Positions 1 through 11,400 of a DNA stretch of 64,000 bases are shown in pieces. Every line of letters begins with the position of its first letter. The stretch's first letter is position 1. This DNA comes from a virus (taxonomy: Duplodnaviria; Caudoviricetes). The notes under the pieces are model-generated. The model did no database searches and had not been told where the DNA came from. It saw nothing but the letters and a program-made list of their open reading frames with translations. Location: the IMG/VR virus record IMGVR_UViG_3300021256_000072, positions 32,001 through 96,000 of that record; one strand, given 5' to 3'. A program made the position numbers and the translations under genes.

Positions 1-333
1 TCTAAAAGAACTTTGACCGCCACCATAAATTTGAATACAAAAGGTGTAATTTCCAACTCCACTAAGATTGACTGGAACATTATTAGTTAAAACGTCTCCG
101 CTAGGTCCACCTTTGGTTACTACAATTTTCCAAGAAGTAGAAGAAGAACCGGATCCTCCTCCAGACCCGGTCCCAATTCCTCCATTCTTATAAATCCACT
201 TAATATTACTTTCGAGTGTATTGATTTTCTCTCCATAATTAGCTAAAACGGATGAAAGGTCTCTACCAGAGTCATTATTATTTGTAATGGTTATGTCTTG
301 GTCAGTTACTATATTTTTTCCGTTTTTCTTCAT
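1..333 (-). CDS. 5' part of a probable virion fibre/structural protein; runs off the window edge
   Basis: ATG at 333, open to position 1: MKKNGKNIVTDQDITITNNNDSGRDLSSVLANYGEKINTLESNIKWIYKNGGIGTGSGGGSGSSSTSW... Short coiled coil plus Gly/Ser linker; directly follows the 1599-aa gene. Not in the ORF track because it has no stop in the window. Confidence 0.75.
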   Translation of the reverse strand, partial: MKKNGKNIVTDQDITITNNNDSGRDLSSVLANYGEKINTLESNIKWIYKNGGIGTGSGGGSGSSSTSWKIVVTKGGPSGDVLTNNVPVNLSGVGNYTFCIQIYGGGQSSFR

Positions 334-367
334 AAGAATAATTATATTTTTAATTTATAATTTGCAC

Positions 368-3300
368 TTAACTTACTACAATTAATGGTGTTTTAACATT
401 ATATCCCCAGTTTCCATAAATTGCTGGAGTACCATCAGCAGGGCTAGCCTCATTACCCTTAAGGAAGCTATAAGAAGCATTGTTCTTAGAGTAATTAGTC
501 TGAGAGAAAAGTTTAGTGCCGCTCATTATATTTTCAATTCTATACAAATAAACTGTATAGGTTCCTCCACTTAATTCAACTTCAGCAAACATAGGTCTCT
601 GCTGATTTGCATTAGGAGTGTCTGAAGATGCTCCTACAGTAGTCTTTGGAATAACATATGCAAATCGTTGATCTGGAGAAGGAAGTTCTTTATTAGACTT
701 AAGCTTAAATCCAGTTGCTTGACACATAAAGTAAACAACCCCACCTGTCAAATTATTAACGCCATAATAAGGATAGTATAGCGCAGAAGTTTTAGTAATA
801 CCCAAACTGTCACTTCTCATCAATGGGAACTTAGTCGTATTGATAGTTATTGGATTTGACCCTGCTTTTTCTAGAGAGAAATTATAAGTAGCATTTGAAT
901 CACCAGCGGATACAACATCAGTAGTTCCAACAGTAGTAGTCCAAGTTACATTATCATTCTCTAGGGTTCTTGTCATAGTCATTGGGCCAGACTCCAAAGA
1001 ACTAGTTAAAGTATTGTTATCAGTATAGTAATAAAACTCTCTTACTGGATTTGTACAAGCGTAAGTATGTTTATGACCTCCAAGAACTAATTTTATTCTA
1101 AAATGTTCCAATAATCTAGAGAACCAATAAATAGCCTTAGTATCTGTATAATTCAATCTATTACCATGACAACCTACTAATGATCCAGTGGCTTTTTCTT
1201 TAAGAGATCTATCTATATTCTCTTTACCATGTACCAAGTTAGCATTAGTTACAACCGTGAATGGCATCTCATGACAAATTACAATAGTATTTACACCATT
1301 TCCTGCATTTAACATGTCATAAGTCATAGTGTAAACAGTAGTAAATGAATTATCATAAGTTGCATTATTAGCTGTAGTGATAGGCCAACCAGTATAGACA
1401 TTTATAGCTGTTCCATCTTGTGCTAACTGCTTATACCACTCTTGACAAGTTGTAGCAGTAATCTCAGAATTGAACATTACAAATCTATATGGGTTAGTTC
1501 CCTTGCTTTCAAAATAATACAACGAAGGTATATAATGAGTAGCATTACTATTACTAATAATTGGAACTATATCAGGATCTATTTCATAGCAGTAGAATAT
1601 ATGGAAATAGTGAGCATTAGATTTACCAGGATCATCTCCAGTTCCTAATCTTTCATAGGAAATTGTAGTAACATTGCCCTCTGAATCTACTTCATCTATA
1701 GAGTTACACAAATCATTATTACCAACAACATTCATTTGTTCAAGGTGATCAAACAAACACTGTCCTCCATTATAATAATCCAACCACTCATTTACTCTAG
1801 TACCATTCTGAGTCATATCACCAGTATTTATAAAGATTGGTATGATATTTCCAGAATAGTTATAAGAATCTACTGTATAACCGTCATCCTTAAAGGTACA
1901 ACCTATGGCCTGATTTATTGTTTTATTTACCTCCTTAGCAGCTCCAGCCCAACATTGATATTCAATCCAATGGAATCCTTGCTGGTCAGTAGTTTGGAAT
2001 ACTCTAGGAACGAATGTAGTAGGGTAGATGGTAAAGGTCTGAATCTTAGATATATGTTCTTGATCTGGATTATTATTTATATCAGCTCGACCTACTATAT
2101 ACTCATAAACTACAGGAGCTCCACTAGTCGCTGCAGCAGCTCTAAGATCTACAATACATTTGTGAGAAGTATAAAATGTTCCATCAGCAGGGAAGTGACC
2201 TGTCAATCTGTCATATATTACTGACTGAATTGTGGCAGTTGGATTATTAGTAGTTAGATTATTGAAAGTTCCAAAGGTTTTCTTAACAAATCCACTACTT
2301 CCTGCATTATCATTAGACAGCCCTGGTTTATAGGATTCAAATCTAGCTTCCCAATCAGTTTGGCCTTTTCTTCTAATCCAAATATATTCATCGAAGTATC
2401 CACAAGAAATCCAGTTAAAGCATCTTGTAGTATGGATATTTATGCCAAAACTACAAGTCACCATATTAGGATGCTCTTTGTCTAACTTTGATTTATCTGT
2501 ACAAACATTTTTATGCTCATAAGAAGCCTTTGGAGTATAGAAACTAACCTCTCTAGTTTCACTTGTCTTAGGGAAACTTATGTATTTATTATCTATAGCC
2601 AAACATTGATAATCATCTACAGACTGATTTCTCTTTCTGCTACTATCATAAGTATTACAACTTTGGAAAGCTTGTTTTGCTGGATCTAATTCGAAAGTAT
2701 TCTTAAAGATCCTATCCCGATAAACATTAGTAACCGTTTTAGGAATCAAATCTCTAGTAATGCACTTCATCTTATTATGTGTCCAGGTAGAAGAAGTCTT
2801 GTAAGTTACTGGAGCTATGATAGATACTGTATCAATATAATTTGGGTGATAAGTCCAAGGAGCATTAGTTGTATCTTCAGTACCATTACCGAATAATACA
2901 GTCTGGAAAGAGAAGTTAGAATTAGGATCTACATCTTTTCCTGGAAGTCCATATGTAAGAAGGAAGGTATTATTTTCTGATAGTCTAAAATCTATCAACT
3001 CACCATCTACATACCATTCCTGATCATACGTGGCAACTTTAATAAAACAGTCAGCTTGGTCAAAACTAGTATACTGCTTTCCACGAATTAAATACGTACC
3101 ACCTGCAGGAACTACTCCAGTCAAAGCTAAGCTATATTCAGTTACTTCATCATTTCCATTACTTTCAGCTGCACAAACGCCAGTAGCATAATGTAAATAA
3201 CAGCCATCTAACTGAAAATCTTTATCTGAAGTATTCTCGAGTTCTACAAAAGCGTGAGAACAGTTATATATTTTCTGATCTGCTTCTGGAATATAAATAC

Positions 3301-5167
3301 TTCCGATTTTAATACGGTCAGCATAAAGACCAATATCTTTATTCATTGCGATCGCTTTATTAGGATTTTCAGCATTCTGTTCTTTATGACCTAACATCCC
3401 AACAAAGCCTCTATAGTTAGTAAGTGAAGAAGTATTTGTAGATAAAGTAAATTCTACATTTTCCATTCGATCTTCCAAGGTGGTAGAGCCTAATTCAGTA
3501 CCTTTTAACTCACCCTCAGAATTAACTTCAAATTTAAACTTCTTCCCAGTAGCTTGATGAACAAAAGTAATATCACCAATTTTATTAAGCTCAACATTAC
3601 CAGAACCATTTTCAGTTGTGACGATTCCATTTTGAGCTAACCAAGAAATTATTTCAGCTTTCTCCATACCTGAATCAATATCATCGGCACCTCCTCCGGC
3701 ACCTAATTTTATCATTTTATATGCCCCTTTGATATAAAGAGAGTTATTACTTTCATTAAAGACCAATTCATTTTTAGGCAACTGATCTTTAATTTTATTA
3801 AGCATTTCTGTATTAACTACTGATCTGACTGTAATATGAGCACATCTATATTTATAATCATCATCAGTAGTAGGATTCATCGGCTCTACTGTATTTGCAA
3901 AACTTTGATATTTAGAGTAACAATTAAATTTATAGATAGTACAATCAGTAAATGAAACTGAAGAAATGTAATACCTATTGTCTTCTAAATTAGATGAATT
4001 TCCAAAATAAGTAGCACTTGATTTTATTTTATTTCCTGTAGACCAATATCCAGATTCTGATTCTAATGTCGCAAAATCAGCAACAGAAATCCAAGCGAAA
4101 TTATATCCATAAAATTCCTCTTCAAATTCATGAGCTCTAGATAATATAAATAGAATATTATATCTATTAGACGTAGACTTACTAAATCCACAACTATTTA
4201 GATCAATATTTATAGTATTAGTATCATCTGCACAATTCTTTAGGGTTATTCTAATGTCTAAAGAATCGGTCGTCATAAATAAATAGATTTTAGGGTCTAC
4301 TACGGTCTTGTATCCTAGATCTTCATCATCATTCCAAGTTGCAGTGCCATTAACCTCTAACAATCCATCTCCAACACTTACATTTTCTTTTGGTGTCAGA
4401 GAGTGTTGTTTTGATAAAAGTAAGTAAGCTCCTTCAATACTTGATAAATCCTCTTCATCTGTTGCCCATAATGGTTCTTCCTCAGTCTCAGCTTTATTAT
4501 CAGCTAAGACTTTAGACATTGCAGTATCTTCATTGTTGTATGAATAAATACCGTAATTAAATGAATTCTTTAATTTATTAACCTCGGCTTGAAGAGATCT
4601 AATTGCTGAGAAAAGGATATCTATATAAGTACCATTTCCAACATTAGTGAACGAAGTTGTTTTAGGAGTTGCAGCTACGTCATTAACATCAGGAATCGTT
4701 ATATAATCATCAGGCAAACAATTATTATCCGCCATTGATTGATACATAGTGTTATTAAGAATTGGAATACCCGAAGTAAACATTTTCCAAGTTCCATTCT
4801 CATAATATCTATGCGTACCGTCCTCTTCTACATAAACAATAGTGCCTTCATCTACTTCTAATTCTGCAAGATCTGACAAAGAACTTACTGACCCTAATCC
4901 ACCACCTGCTTTAAATACACTCCATTCTTCAGTAGACGCACTATATTTATAATAAGTATCCCCAGGATGATTATCTTGAGTGTCTCTTACATAAACTAGC
5001 ATACCTTCTTCTGCTAGTTTATTCTTTTCTATAATATTTACAAGATCAGAGTATTTTTCGACGGAATGAAGACCCCCCTTTACATTTTCAGCTTCTACTA
5101 TTGGAAACTGACCGGAAGGATAAAGGGTTTGAGGATATGTTATTTTTATACTATTCGTCGTTTTCAT
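368..5167 (-). CDS. Large virion-associated protein with lamin-tail-like domain and C-terminal calcineurin-like (purple acid phosphatase type) metallophosphoesterase
   Basis: Metallophosphoesterase motifs in order: TTDQQG, NTGDMTQNG, VVGNNDL, CHEMPF, GGHKHTY. LTD-like FVELENTSDKDFQLDGCYLHY. Fibre-like N-terminus. Located in the fibre cluster. Confidence 0.7.
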   Translation of the reverse strand: MKTTNSIKITYPQTLYPSGQFPIVEAENVKGGLHSVEKYSDLVNIIEKNKLAEEGMLVYVRDTQDNHPGDTYYKYSASTEEWSVFKAGGGLGSVSSLSDLAELEVDEGTIVYVEEDGTHRYYENGTWKMFTSGIPILNNTMYQSMADNNCLPDDYITIPDVNDVAATPKTTSFTNVGNGTYIDILFSAIRSLQAEVNKLKNSFNYGIYSYNNEDTAMSKVLADNKAETEEEPLWATDEEDLSSIEGAYLLLSKQHSLTPKENVSVGDGLLEVNGTATWNDDEDLGYKTVVDPKIYLFMTTDSLDIRITLKNCADDTNTINIDLNSCGFSKSTSNRYNILFILSRAHEFEEEFYGYNFAWISVADFATLESESGYWSTGNKIKSSATYFGNSSNLEDNRYYISSVSFTDCTIYKFNCYSKYQSFANTVEPMNPTTDDDYKYRCAHITVRSVVNTEMLNKIKDQLPKNELVFNESNNSLYIKGAYKMIKLGAGGGADDIDSGMEKAEIISWLAQNGIVTTENGSGNVELNKIGDITFVHQATGKKFKFEVNSEGELKGTELGSTTLEDRMENVEFTLSTNTSSLTNYRGFVGMLGHKEQNAENPNKAIAMNKDIGLYADRIKIGSIYIPEADQKIYNCSHAFVELENTSDKDFQLDGCYLHYATGVCAAESNGNDEVTEYSLALTGVVPAGGTYLIRGKQYTSFDQADCFIKVATYDQEWYVDGELIDFRLSENNTFLLTYGLPGKDVDPNSNFSFQTVLFGNGTEDTTNAPWTYHPNYIDTVSIIAPVTYKTSSTWTHNKMKCITRDLIPKTVTNVYRDRIFKNTFELDPAKQAFQSCNTYDSSRKRNQSVDDYQCLAIDNKYISFPKTSETREVSFYTPKASYEHKNVCTDKSKLDKEHPNMVTCSFGINIHTTRCFNWISCGYFDEYIWIRRKGQTDWEARFESYKPGLSNDNAGSSGFVKKTFGTFNNLTTNNPTATIQSVIYDRLTGHFPADGTFYTSHKCIVDLRAAAATSGAPVVYEYIVGRADINNNPDQEHISKIQTFTIYPTTFVPRVFQTTDQQGFHWIEYQCWAGAAKEVNKTINQAIGCTFKDDGYTVDSYNYSGNIIPIFINTGDMTQNGTRVNEWLDYYNGGQCLFDHLEQMNVVGNNDLCNSIDEVDSEGNVTTISYERLGTGDDPGKSNAHYFHIFYCYEIDPDIVPIISNSNATHYIPSLYYFESKGTNPYRFVMFNSEITATTCQEWYKQLAQDGTAINVYTGWPITTANNATYDNSFTTVYTMTYDMLNAGNGVNTIVICHEMPFTVVTNANLVHGKENIDRSLKEKATGSLVGCHGNRLNYTDTKAIYWFSRLLEHFRIKLVLGGHKHTYACTNPVREFYYYTDNNTLTSSLESGPMTMTRTLENDNVTWTTTVGTTDVVSAGDSNATYNFSLEKAGSNPITINTTKFPLMRSDSLGITKTSALYYPYYGVNNLTGGVVYFMCQATGFKLKSNKELPSPDQRFAYVIPKTTVGASSDTPNANQQRPMFAEVELSGGTYTVYLYRIENIMSGTKLFSQTNYSKNNASYSFLKGNEASPADGTPAIYGNWGYNVKTPLIVVS

Positions 5168-5169
5168 AT

Positions 5170-6441
5170 TTATTGCAATTTAATAGTCTGTCCTAAAACA
5201 ATATTCTCAACAGATCTATAAAGATTGTATCCAGTTAATGCTACCGCCTGAGTTTTTCCTGTGATATCCCAAGTACCAGCAGGAATCTGAATATTACTTC
5301 CTACTTTAGTTGTTAGTTCAGCATAATAAGCATCAAGTGAACCAATAAGCTTAGTCATATAAACATTATTAGCCCCTCTACTTACTATATACAAAAACCA
5401 TCCAGTACTATCACTTGGAGTATAGTTACTGCCTGATGTAAATTTATATATTCTAGTTCCAGCAGGGATTGATGTTAGGTTATTAGATTTATGCCAGAAA
5501 TAGAAAGATTCATAAGCAAAATTGATTGTATATGATTGAGTTCTAGGTTCTGGTAAATTTCCCTTAACGTCACCATTTCCTCCAGGCGTAGCTTTTAAAG
5601 TAAATGTTGTAGTATTGGTAACTGTAACTGTTCTTTCTCCTGAATTTGCCTGTACTTCCTCACTACCACTCCCAACTTTTAATGTAACTGGAATAGTAGA
5701 AACTTGGGTAATAGATTCTCCTGAGCTATTTCTCTCTTCTTTACTTATACTACCTTGAACATCCCAAGACAAAGTAACCGGAACACTTTCGCCCATAACT
5801 CTATTTGATACTGGAGATGTATTAAAGCTAAAAGAATAAGTGCTCCAAGGGATATACTGGCCTTTACTAACTTTAAAAGGAATAGTTATAGGAGAAGAAT
5901 TGACTGTCATAGTATCTCCAGTTTCAACATGTTCCAAAGTTAAGACTAAAGTTACATCATTAACAGTTTTATTAACTTCATTATCTCCATAGGTATAAAC
6001 TATAGGATTAGAAGTGTCAATCAATCCTAAATTAACATCAACATTTCCAGAAGTTGAATTTCCTAGATTAATTGGAATTTCAGTATTACCTCTTTTCAGT
6101 ACTAATGAGCTAATTGAGTACATATCAGAGTTTCCAGGAGCTATTGAAAATCCTACGCTTCCAATAATGGTACTTCCAGAATATGTTTGAGCAACCCCAT
6201 AATAGTACGTTATATTCTCTAAATTTTTGGATTCAGTAATAGAAGGTGTATAATTAACCGTTTCGAAACTCCAATAAGTAGCTGGGAAAAGAGCATTAAT
6301 TATTCTGTCTAGAGCATCTTTTACATTATCTACTCCACTTAATTCTGCTCTTCCCATGGCATCAACATACTCAGCTTGTACGGAATCAATGATCTTATTA
6401 TCTGTAGCTGTACTATGAAATTTATCTGGTATATTTATCAT
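5170..6441 (-). CDS. Beta-rich (Ig-like) fibre-associated structural protein
   Basis: 423 aa, Thr/Ser/Val-rich beta pattern, 1-2 nt spacing to neighbours in the fibre cluster. Confidence 0.5.
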   Translation of the reverse strand: MINIPDKFHSTATDNKIIDSVQAEYVDAMGRAELSGVDNVKDALDRIINALFPATYWSFETVNYTPSITESKNLENITYYYGVAQTYSGSTIIGSVGFSIAPGNSDMYSISSLVLKRGNTEIPINLGNSTSGNVDVNLGLIDTSNPIVYTYGDNEVNKTVNDVTLVLTLEHVETGDTMTVNSSPITIPFKVSKGQYIPWSTYSFSFNTSPVSNRVMGESVPVTLSWDVQGSISKEERNSSGESITQVSTIPVTLKVGSGSEEVQANSGERTVTVTNTTTFTLKATPGGNGDVKGNLPEPRTQSYTINFAYESFYFWHKSNNLTSIPAGTRIYKFTSGSNYTPSDSTGWFLYIVSRGANNVYMTKLIGSLDAYYAELTTKVGSNIQIPAGTWDITGKTQAVALTGYNLYRSVENIVLGQTIKLQ

Positions 6442-6442
6442 A

Positions 6443-7660
6443 CTATTCTAATCTTATTTTATAGGTTCCAGGGACTTGCTGTTTTGCTGATCTATAATAA
6501 GTAAACCCATCATTAGTTCCAGAATTTACTACTTCGAATTCAATAGAGCTCATTAAAAATCTGCCACTAAATTGAACTTCGTCAGGTATTGCAAACCATA
6601 AATATCCATTCTCAATTCCAGTTATAGTAACTTCTCCTGGATATGAAAATAGTGAAGCGTTAGTTGTCCATTCATTAATTTGATTATATGAACTTTCACT
6701 AGACATAACGGCTTTAGTAGGAGGATACATATACAAATCTACCTTCTGCTCTAAAGTTTGTTCTTCAGTAGTAGTAAGTACTGTAACATCTAAAACTGCC
6801 CTTAAAGTTATAGTAGTCTTTCCTCTTTTATTAACTGGGATTGTGATATTATTTTCAGCGATTGGAGTACTGTAAACTAAATCTGAGTCTTTAAGAATAT
6901 TAAGGCTCTTTGGCACAATATTTTCTCCCATAAAAGTAAAGGCAAATGAAGCGGTTATCTCAACATCTTCCCCTGTGTATAAGAGAGTAGTTGGAAAAAC
7001 AGAGAACACACACTTTACTAAATTATTACTTCCAATAACTACAGTCGTTTCTCCACCTTGTTGACCTCCTCCACCTTGTTGACCTTGGCCTTGCTCTCCT
7101 TGACCCCCACCTTGATTTCCGTTTCCGCCTCCATTATCTCCTCCTCCGGTAGATATGTTAGCGATAAGGGTCATTACTCTATCGAAACTGGCCTTGACTT
7201 CACTTGCTGTCATGAAATCGTCGGCTCTTTTCAATACATCTGTCTCTGCATTGTAATACCAATTGAAACCATCAGCTCCATTATAAAATACTGTATCAGT
7301 AGTGATTTCGTAAAGTCTTTTCATTACTCCATCATCACACTGACAGAAATAAAGCTTTCCATCATACCTACATACGGCTACTTCTTGATGAATTAGTTGA
7401 GATATATCTTCCAATCTGTCCGGATAAATTTTATTAACTGGAACTACCTCACCATTTGATATAATTCTATAGCTATCTCTTCCAGTTCCATCATTAATAC
7501 CAATGGCGGTAATTGCATTAACCTTATTTCCCGTAGTATAATATCTTACTACTACTGGTTGTCCAACAGCATGCTGAAATTCATTCAATCTAATAAGGGC
7601 TACATCATAGGATTGTTCTATGAAACCACTTCGTGAAAACTTAATAGTAGTATTATTCAT
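6443..7660 (-). CDS. Fibre/receptor-binding protein; N-terminal domain paralogous to that of 8405-12760
   Basis: SYDVALIRLNEFQHAVGQPVVVRYY matches SYDVAIIKLNEFSHVPGQPVTVRYY. Followed by a G/Q/N low-complexity linker and a beta-rich C-terminus. Confidence 0.6.
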   Translation of the reverse strand: MNNTTIKFSRSGFIEQSYDVALIRLNEFQHAVGQPVVVRYYTTGNKVNAITAIGINDGTGRDSYRIISNGEVVPVNKIYPDRLEDISQLIHQEVAVCRYDGKLYFCQCDDGVMKRLYEITTDTVFYNGADGFNWYYNAETDVLKRADDFMTASEVKASFDRVMTLIANISTGGGDNGGGNGNQGGGQGEQGQGQQGGGGQQGGETTVVIGSNNLVKCVFSVFPTTLLYTGEDVEITASFAFTFMGENIVPKSLNILKDSDLVYSTPIAENNITIPVNKRGKTTITLRAVLDVTVLTTTEEQTLEQKVDLYMYPPTKAVMSSESSYNQINEWTTNASLFSYPGEVTITGIENGYLWFAIPDEVQFSGRFLMSSIEFEVVNSGTNDGFTYYRSAKQQVPGTYKIRLE

Positions 7661-7675
7661 ATCTTTATTAAAATT

Positions 7676-7733
7676 TGGGTCGCTGGAAGGGTACGATTCC
7701 TTCTTACAGCTAGAATATCTCTAACTCAGCGAC
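7676..7733 (-). ncRNA. tRNA-like structured element lacking a D-arm and ending in CCA (not a canonical tRNA)
   Basis: Minus strand reads GTCGCTG-AGTTAG-AGATATT-CTAGCT-GTAA-GAAGG-AATCGTAC-CCTTC-CAGCGAC-CCA: 7-bp closing stem, 6-bp stem with 7-nt loop, 5-bp T-like stem. GC-richer than its flanks. Confidence 0.45.
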
Positions 7734-7739
7734 GATTTT

Positions 7740-8399
7740 CTACCAGAGTACGTTTTTAAGTTGACTACGCATCTCTAGTCTTTTTTTAAACACATTAATA
7801 TTATCGAGCTCTCTTTTTTCAAAGGTCCCTCGCAATCGAATTGAAGTATTTAAACAACAAGAAAGTCCTAGATTATAACAGACATCACCTAGGTAAGTAT
7901 CTTCTATACCCCACTCTGATTGAGCTTTGGTAGAAAATAACTCACCTCCTTGAAATTCGCATACTTCTTTAATAGCATGTTTCTTCATATAAATGCCACA
8001 AGAATAGAAGAAATTAGTTATTTTTCCATAAAACTTATTATAATCTTCTCCTCCTCGTTCTATCCTGAAATCATCCTCTAAGGATAGGAGTGTTATGTCT
8101 GTCTTAGAGTCTGTTATTGAAGTAATATCCCCTTTTACAGGATACCTATCTCCATCTAAAAACAGTACATCATCCTCCCCTGGAACACCTAGCCCCAAAT
8201 TCCTTGAAAAGCTAGTTTGTCGTCCATCTAAACTTGAAGGAGTTGTAATAACAGTTTCTCCTAAGGATCTTAATAGGCTTACAGAATTATCACTGCACCT
8301 ATCACAAACCCAAACTCTCTTAGCATCTAATTGAAGAAGGGAATTTAGCATAGGTATTATATGAATCCCTTCGTTCCTTCCAATAATGACTACTTTCAT
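7740..8399 (-). CDS. Glycosyltransferase family 2 (GT-A fold)
   Basis: VVIIGRNE start, VCDRCSD, SRNLGL, LFLDGD (DxD) and WGIED motifs typical of GT2. Confidence 0.85.
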   Translation of the reverse strand: MKVVIIGRNEGIHIIPMLNSLLQLDAKRVWVCDRCSDNSVSLLRSLGETVITTPSSLDGRQTSFSRNLGLGVPGEDDVLFLDGDRYPVKGDITSITDSKTDITLLSLEDDFRIERGGEDYNKFYGKITNFFYSCGIYMKKHAIKEVCEFQGGELFSTKAQSEWGIEDTYLGDVCYNLGLSCCLNTSIRLRGTFEKRELDNINVFKKRLEMRSQLKNVLW

Positions 8400-8404
8400 A
8401 CTAA

Positions 8405-11400
8405 TTAATATCCATAAGGATTATACCAATATCCATCCCAATGAACGTACTCAAGATACCTATATCTAAATGTATTTAAGCCATAATAATTGCAATGGCC
8501 GATAAGATATTTATGACTGTACAAATCTTTCCGAGATAAAGACAGACCCATACTCTTAAATGAGTAACCATTGTTAAACTGAGTAATGCCATTTACAACA
8601 CCGGGAGGTCTAGATGAAGCTCCTACCCTAATAGATTGAATTATACCACAAGGCACAATGAATCTTATGATCGGGTAAATTGTCGTTCCTCCGCTAGTGA
8701 TTGAAAGAGCTGATGTACTTCCTAAACCAAAATTAGGACCTGCTGTACTATCTCCAGGAGTAGGTGGATATTCTGCAACAATAGTAGAATACTCTTTATC
8801 CAAAATTAACACATATTCATCTGAATCAAAAGTATAATTAGTGGTCATTACTATATCAGGAATGAAATTACAATCATTTACTGGATACAGTCTGACACCT
8901 ATATCTGCAGAAGTTAAGACTAAGGTAGAAGGAATTGTCATACCTAGTAATGCATCATAGACAGCTCCTGAACTAATCGCATTGGTAGAATTCTTAATAG
9001 GGGCTGGATCATAAACTAGTCTTGGCTGTTTACTTGCAATAGAATCCAATACTGAAGGTGCGACATCTATCTTCCACTGATTCTTACTCTTTTCCGCTTT
9101 TATTGTTTTATCCGGACTATATATTTCTTGAAGTGATATATCGTAAGTAAACATATTGGACTCTGCAACCCAAGCCAATGTTACGTCTGCTCCTGCTTGA
9201 ACATTATTAATATTTACATTAATAGTATTATTGTTGCTATTTTTCCCTTCTATAAATAAATTAGAAATATTCTCTCCAGTAGAATTTACAATGTGATATA
9301 TTTTATCTTCATTAGGTAAATTCGTGCCTTTGACAATGATATTATTTCCAGGGGCTAGGGCAATAACTGTATCATATTCACTAAAATCTAAGTTGGTAAC
9401 AGAGGTTGAAGATAAATTATAAATACTATCTCCAGTAAGCTCTAAATTTTGACCAACAAACGTAGCTGGAATTGCTGAAGAAGTGAATGATACTGTTGTT
9501 AACTCAGTACACGTTCCTGTTGAATTACTTTCCATTGGGATTGGAGCTGAGAAATGATAAGTTATTGTGCTACTAGTACTTGATCTCTTAGCCGGAATAC
9601 ATACATAGAAATCTCCCCCAATATATTTAATAGAGAATACTCCTAGTTCATTATGGCATCTAATATTGTATGTACTAGCCTTTCCTGGTTTTCCATTAAT
9701 ATATAAAGTGTCCGCATGAGTTCCAGAATTAGTTACCCAATAAACATCAACTACTGCTGGCGTAACTACTTTAAAGGCAAGCTGATAATTATAACCATTA
9801 GAACTATCAAATGCACTACTTACACTAAATCTTTGCCCTACTTTCAAATCATACACACATTTAGCTGAAGGATACTGATCATGTGTACAATTTTCAGTGA
9901 GATGGGTTACTTTATTACTTATAGCTTCAACACTTATACCCAAATCAGATACTACTAGAGGATAAGAAAGGTCTGATTTAATGGTATAGATTAACTCGTC
10001 TTGCTTATAAGTTATAGTATAGATTAACCCTGTATACGTATATAGATCACTTAATTCAAGCGTTTTTACTGGATTAGATGCATTACCTAAGAACAATCTA
10101 ACACTTAAAGTCTTACTAAGATTATCTTTAAAAATAACATCAAAGGTAAAACAATCACAACTAGGGTCTGTTTTCTGTACTCTAATAATTGGGATAGTTC
10201 CATTACTAACGATGAAAGTCTTTGGTATAGAGCTTTCAACAGTAACTTCAGAGACTCCACCAGCATTACTAAGTGACTGAACATCCGTTAAATTAATTGT
10301 AGAGGTTTTTAAGGTAATTACATCTACATCCGTCGGTACTGAATTTCCAATAAGATCAAAAGAAGAACCACTAAAATCTTCTATCTCAACAGTAAACGGA
10401 TGAATTTGTGAACCTCTGATATATAGATTCTTTCTACTATACTTAATATATCCAGCTAAAGTTTCATTATCAGTATATAAAATTGGTGAAGCTTCTGTAG
10501 CCCCAGTGCCATAACTGTATATATTACCAGTTATAGTTGTCATTTTACTACCTGATACTGTCACTTTAATTACTCCATACTCATTGATTGAACCTAAGCA
10601 CCACCAAGATAAACTATCAGCAATAACCTTATGGAAAACTGATTTAGAGCTTAATGATAATATAGATTCAGTTCCAGATACCGGATCAGTGTAAATTAAA
10701 GAACCGCGTTTTGCTATTACTCCTCCAATTAATTCCTCGCTATTTAAAACTCTAGTATTCGTTGGACAATATAACTTTCCTAAATTAACCTGTCCTGAAG
10801 TTGGAGTTAAAACCTCTCCATTAATTCCTACAGAGCTAATGTAATTTCCCTCTATATCTCCAACCCTATTGCTTAAAGAAGTCAGATCTATTGAAGAAAT
10901 CTGGTTCTGCAATTCTTGAACGGCTGAGTATAAAGCTGATGAAGTAACTAATTTAGAAGTATTTTCAACGATATTTGTAGTATACTCAGCTTGGATAGTT
11001 ATAGGACTAAGATAAGAGTTTTTTATTCTATAAGGGTTTGTATTAGTCTGATCATATTTTTCTGACGAATAAGACCAGAGTAAAGGAGATGACAAAACTT
11101 TAAATTCAGTCGTTTCTAAAGAATTCTCAGTTTTTGGCCTAAAATAAAGCGCATATCCATTCCCACTAACAGATTCAATTGCAAACTCAAAATTATTCTT
11201 TAAAGTTTCAGAGAATATTTGAGATCCAAAAGAGTAGATAGTATCTGTTAACCCAATACTTATTACTCCTTCAAGATTTAGCGCCCTACATTTAACTTCT
11301 ATTGTAGTGAGGCAGTTCTGTTGATATAAAGTTTCTATATTATCTGGGGTTGAAAAATCTAATAATCTAATCCAGCTATATTGTCTAACTGAACTATGTA

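Noticed and set aside
7051-7150. GC-rich patch as foreign DNA or a repeat element
   Set aside because: Explained by the Gly/Gln/Asn linker codons of 6443-7660.
7676-7733. Calling this element a functional tRNA
   Set aside because: No D-arm, 8-nt non-TTC loop, no U before the central triplet and no discriminator base; kept only as a tRNA-like element.
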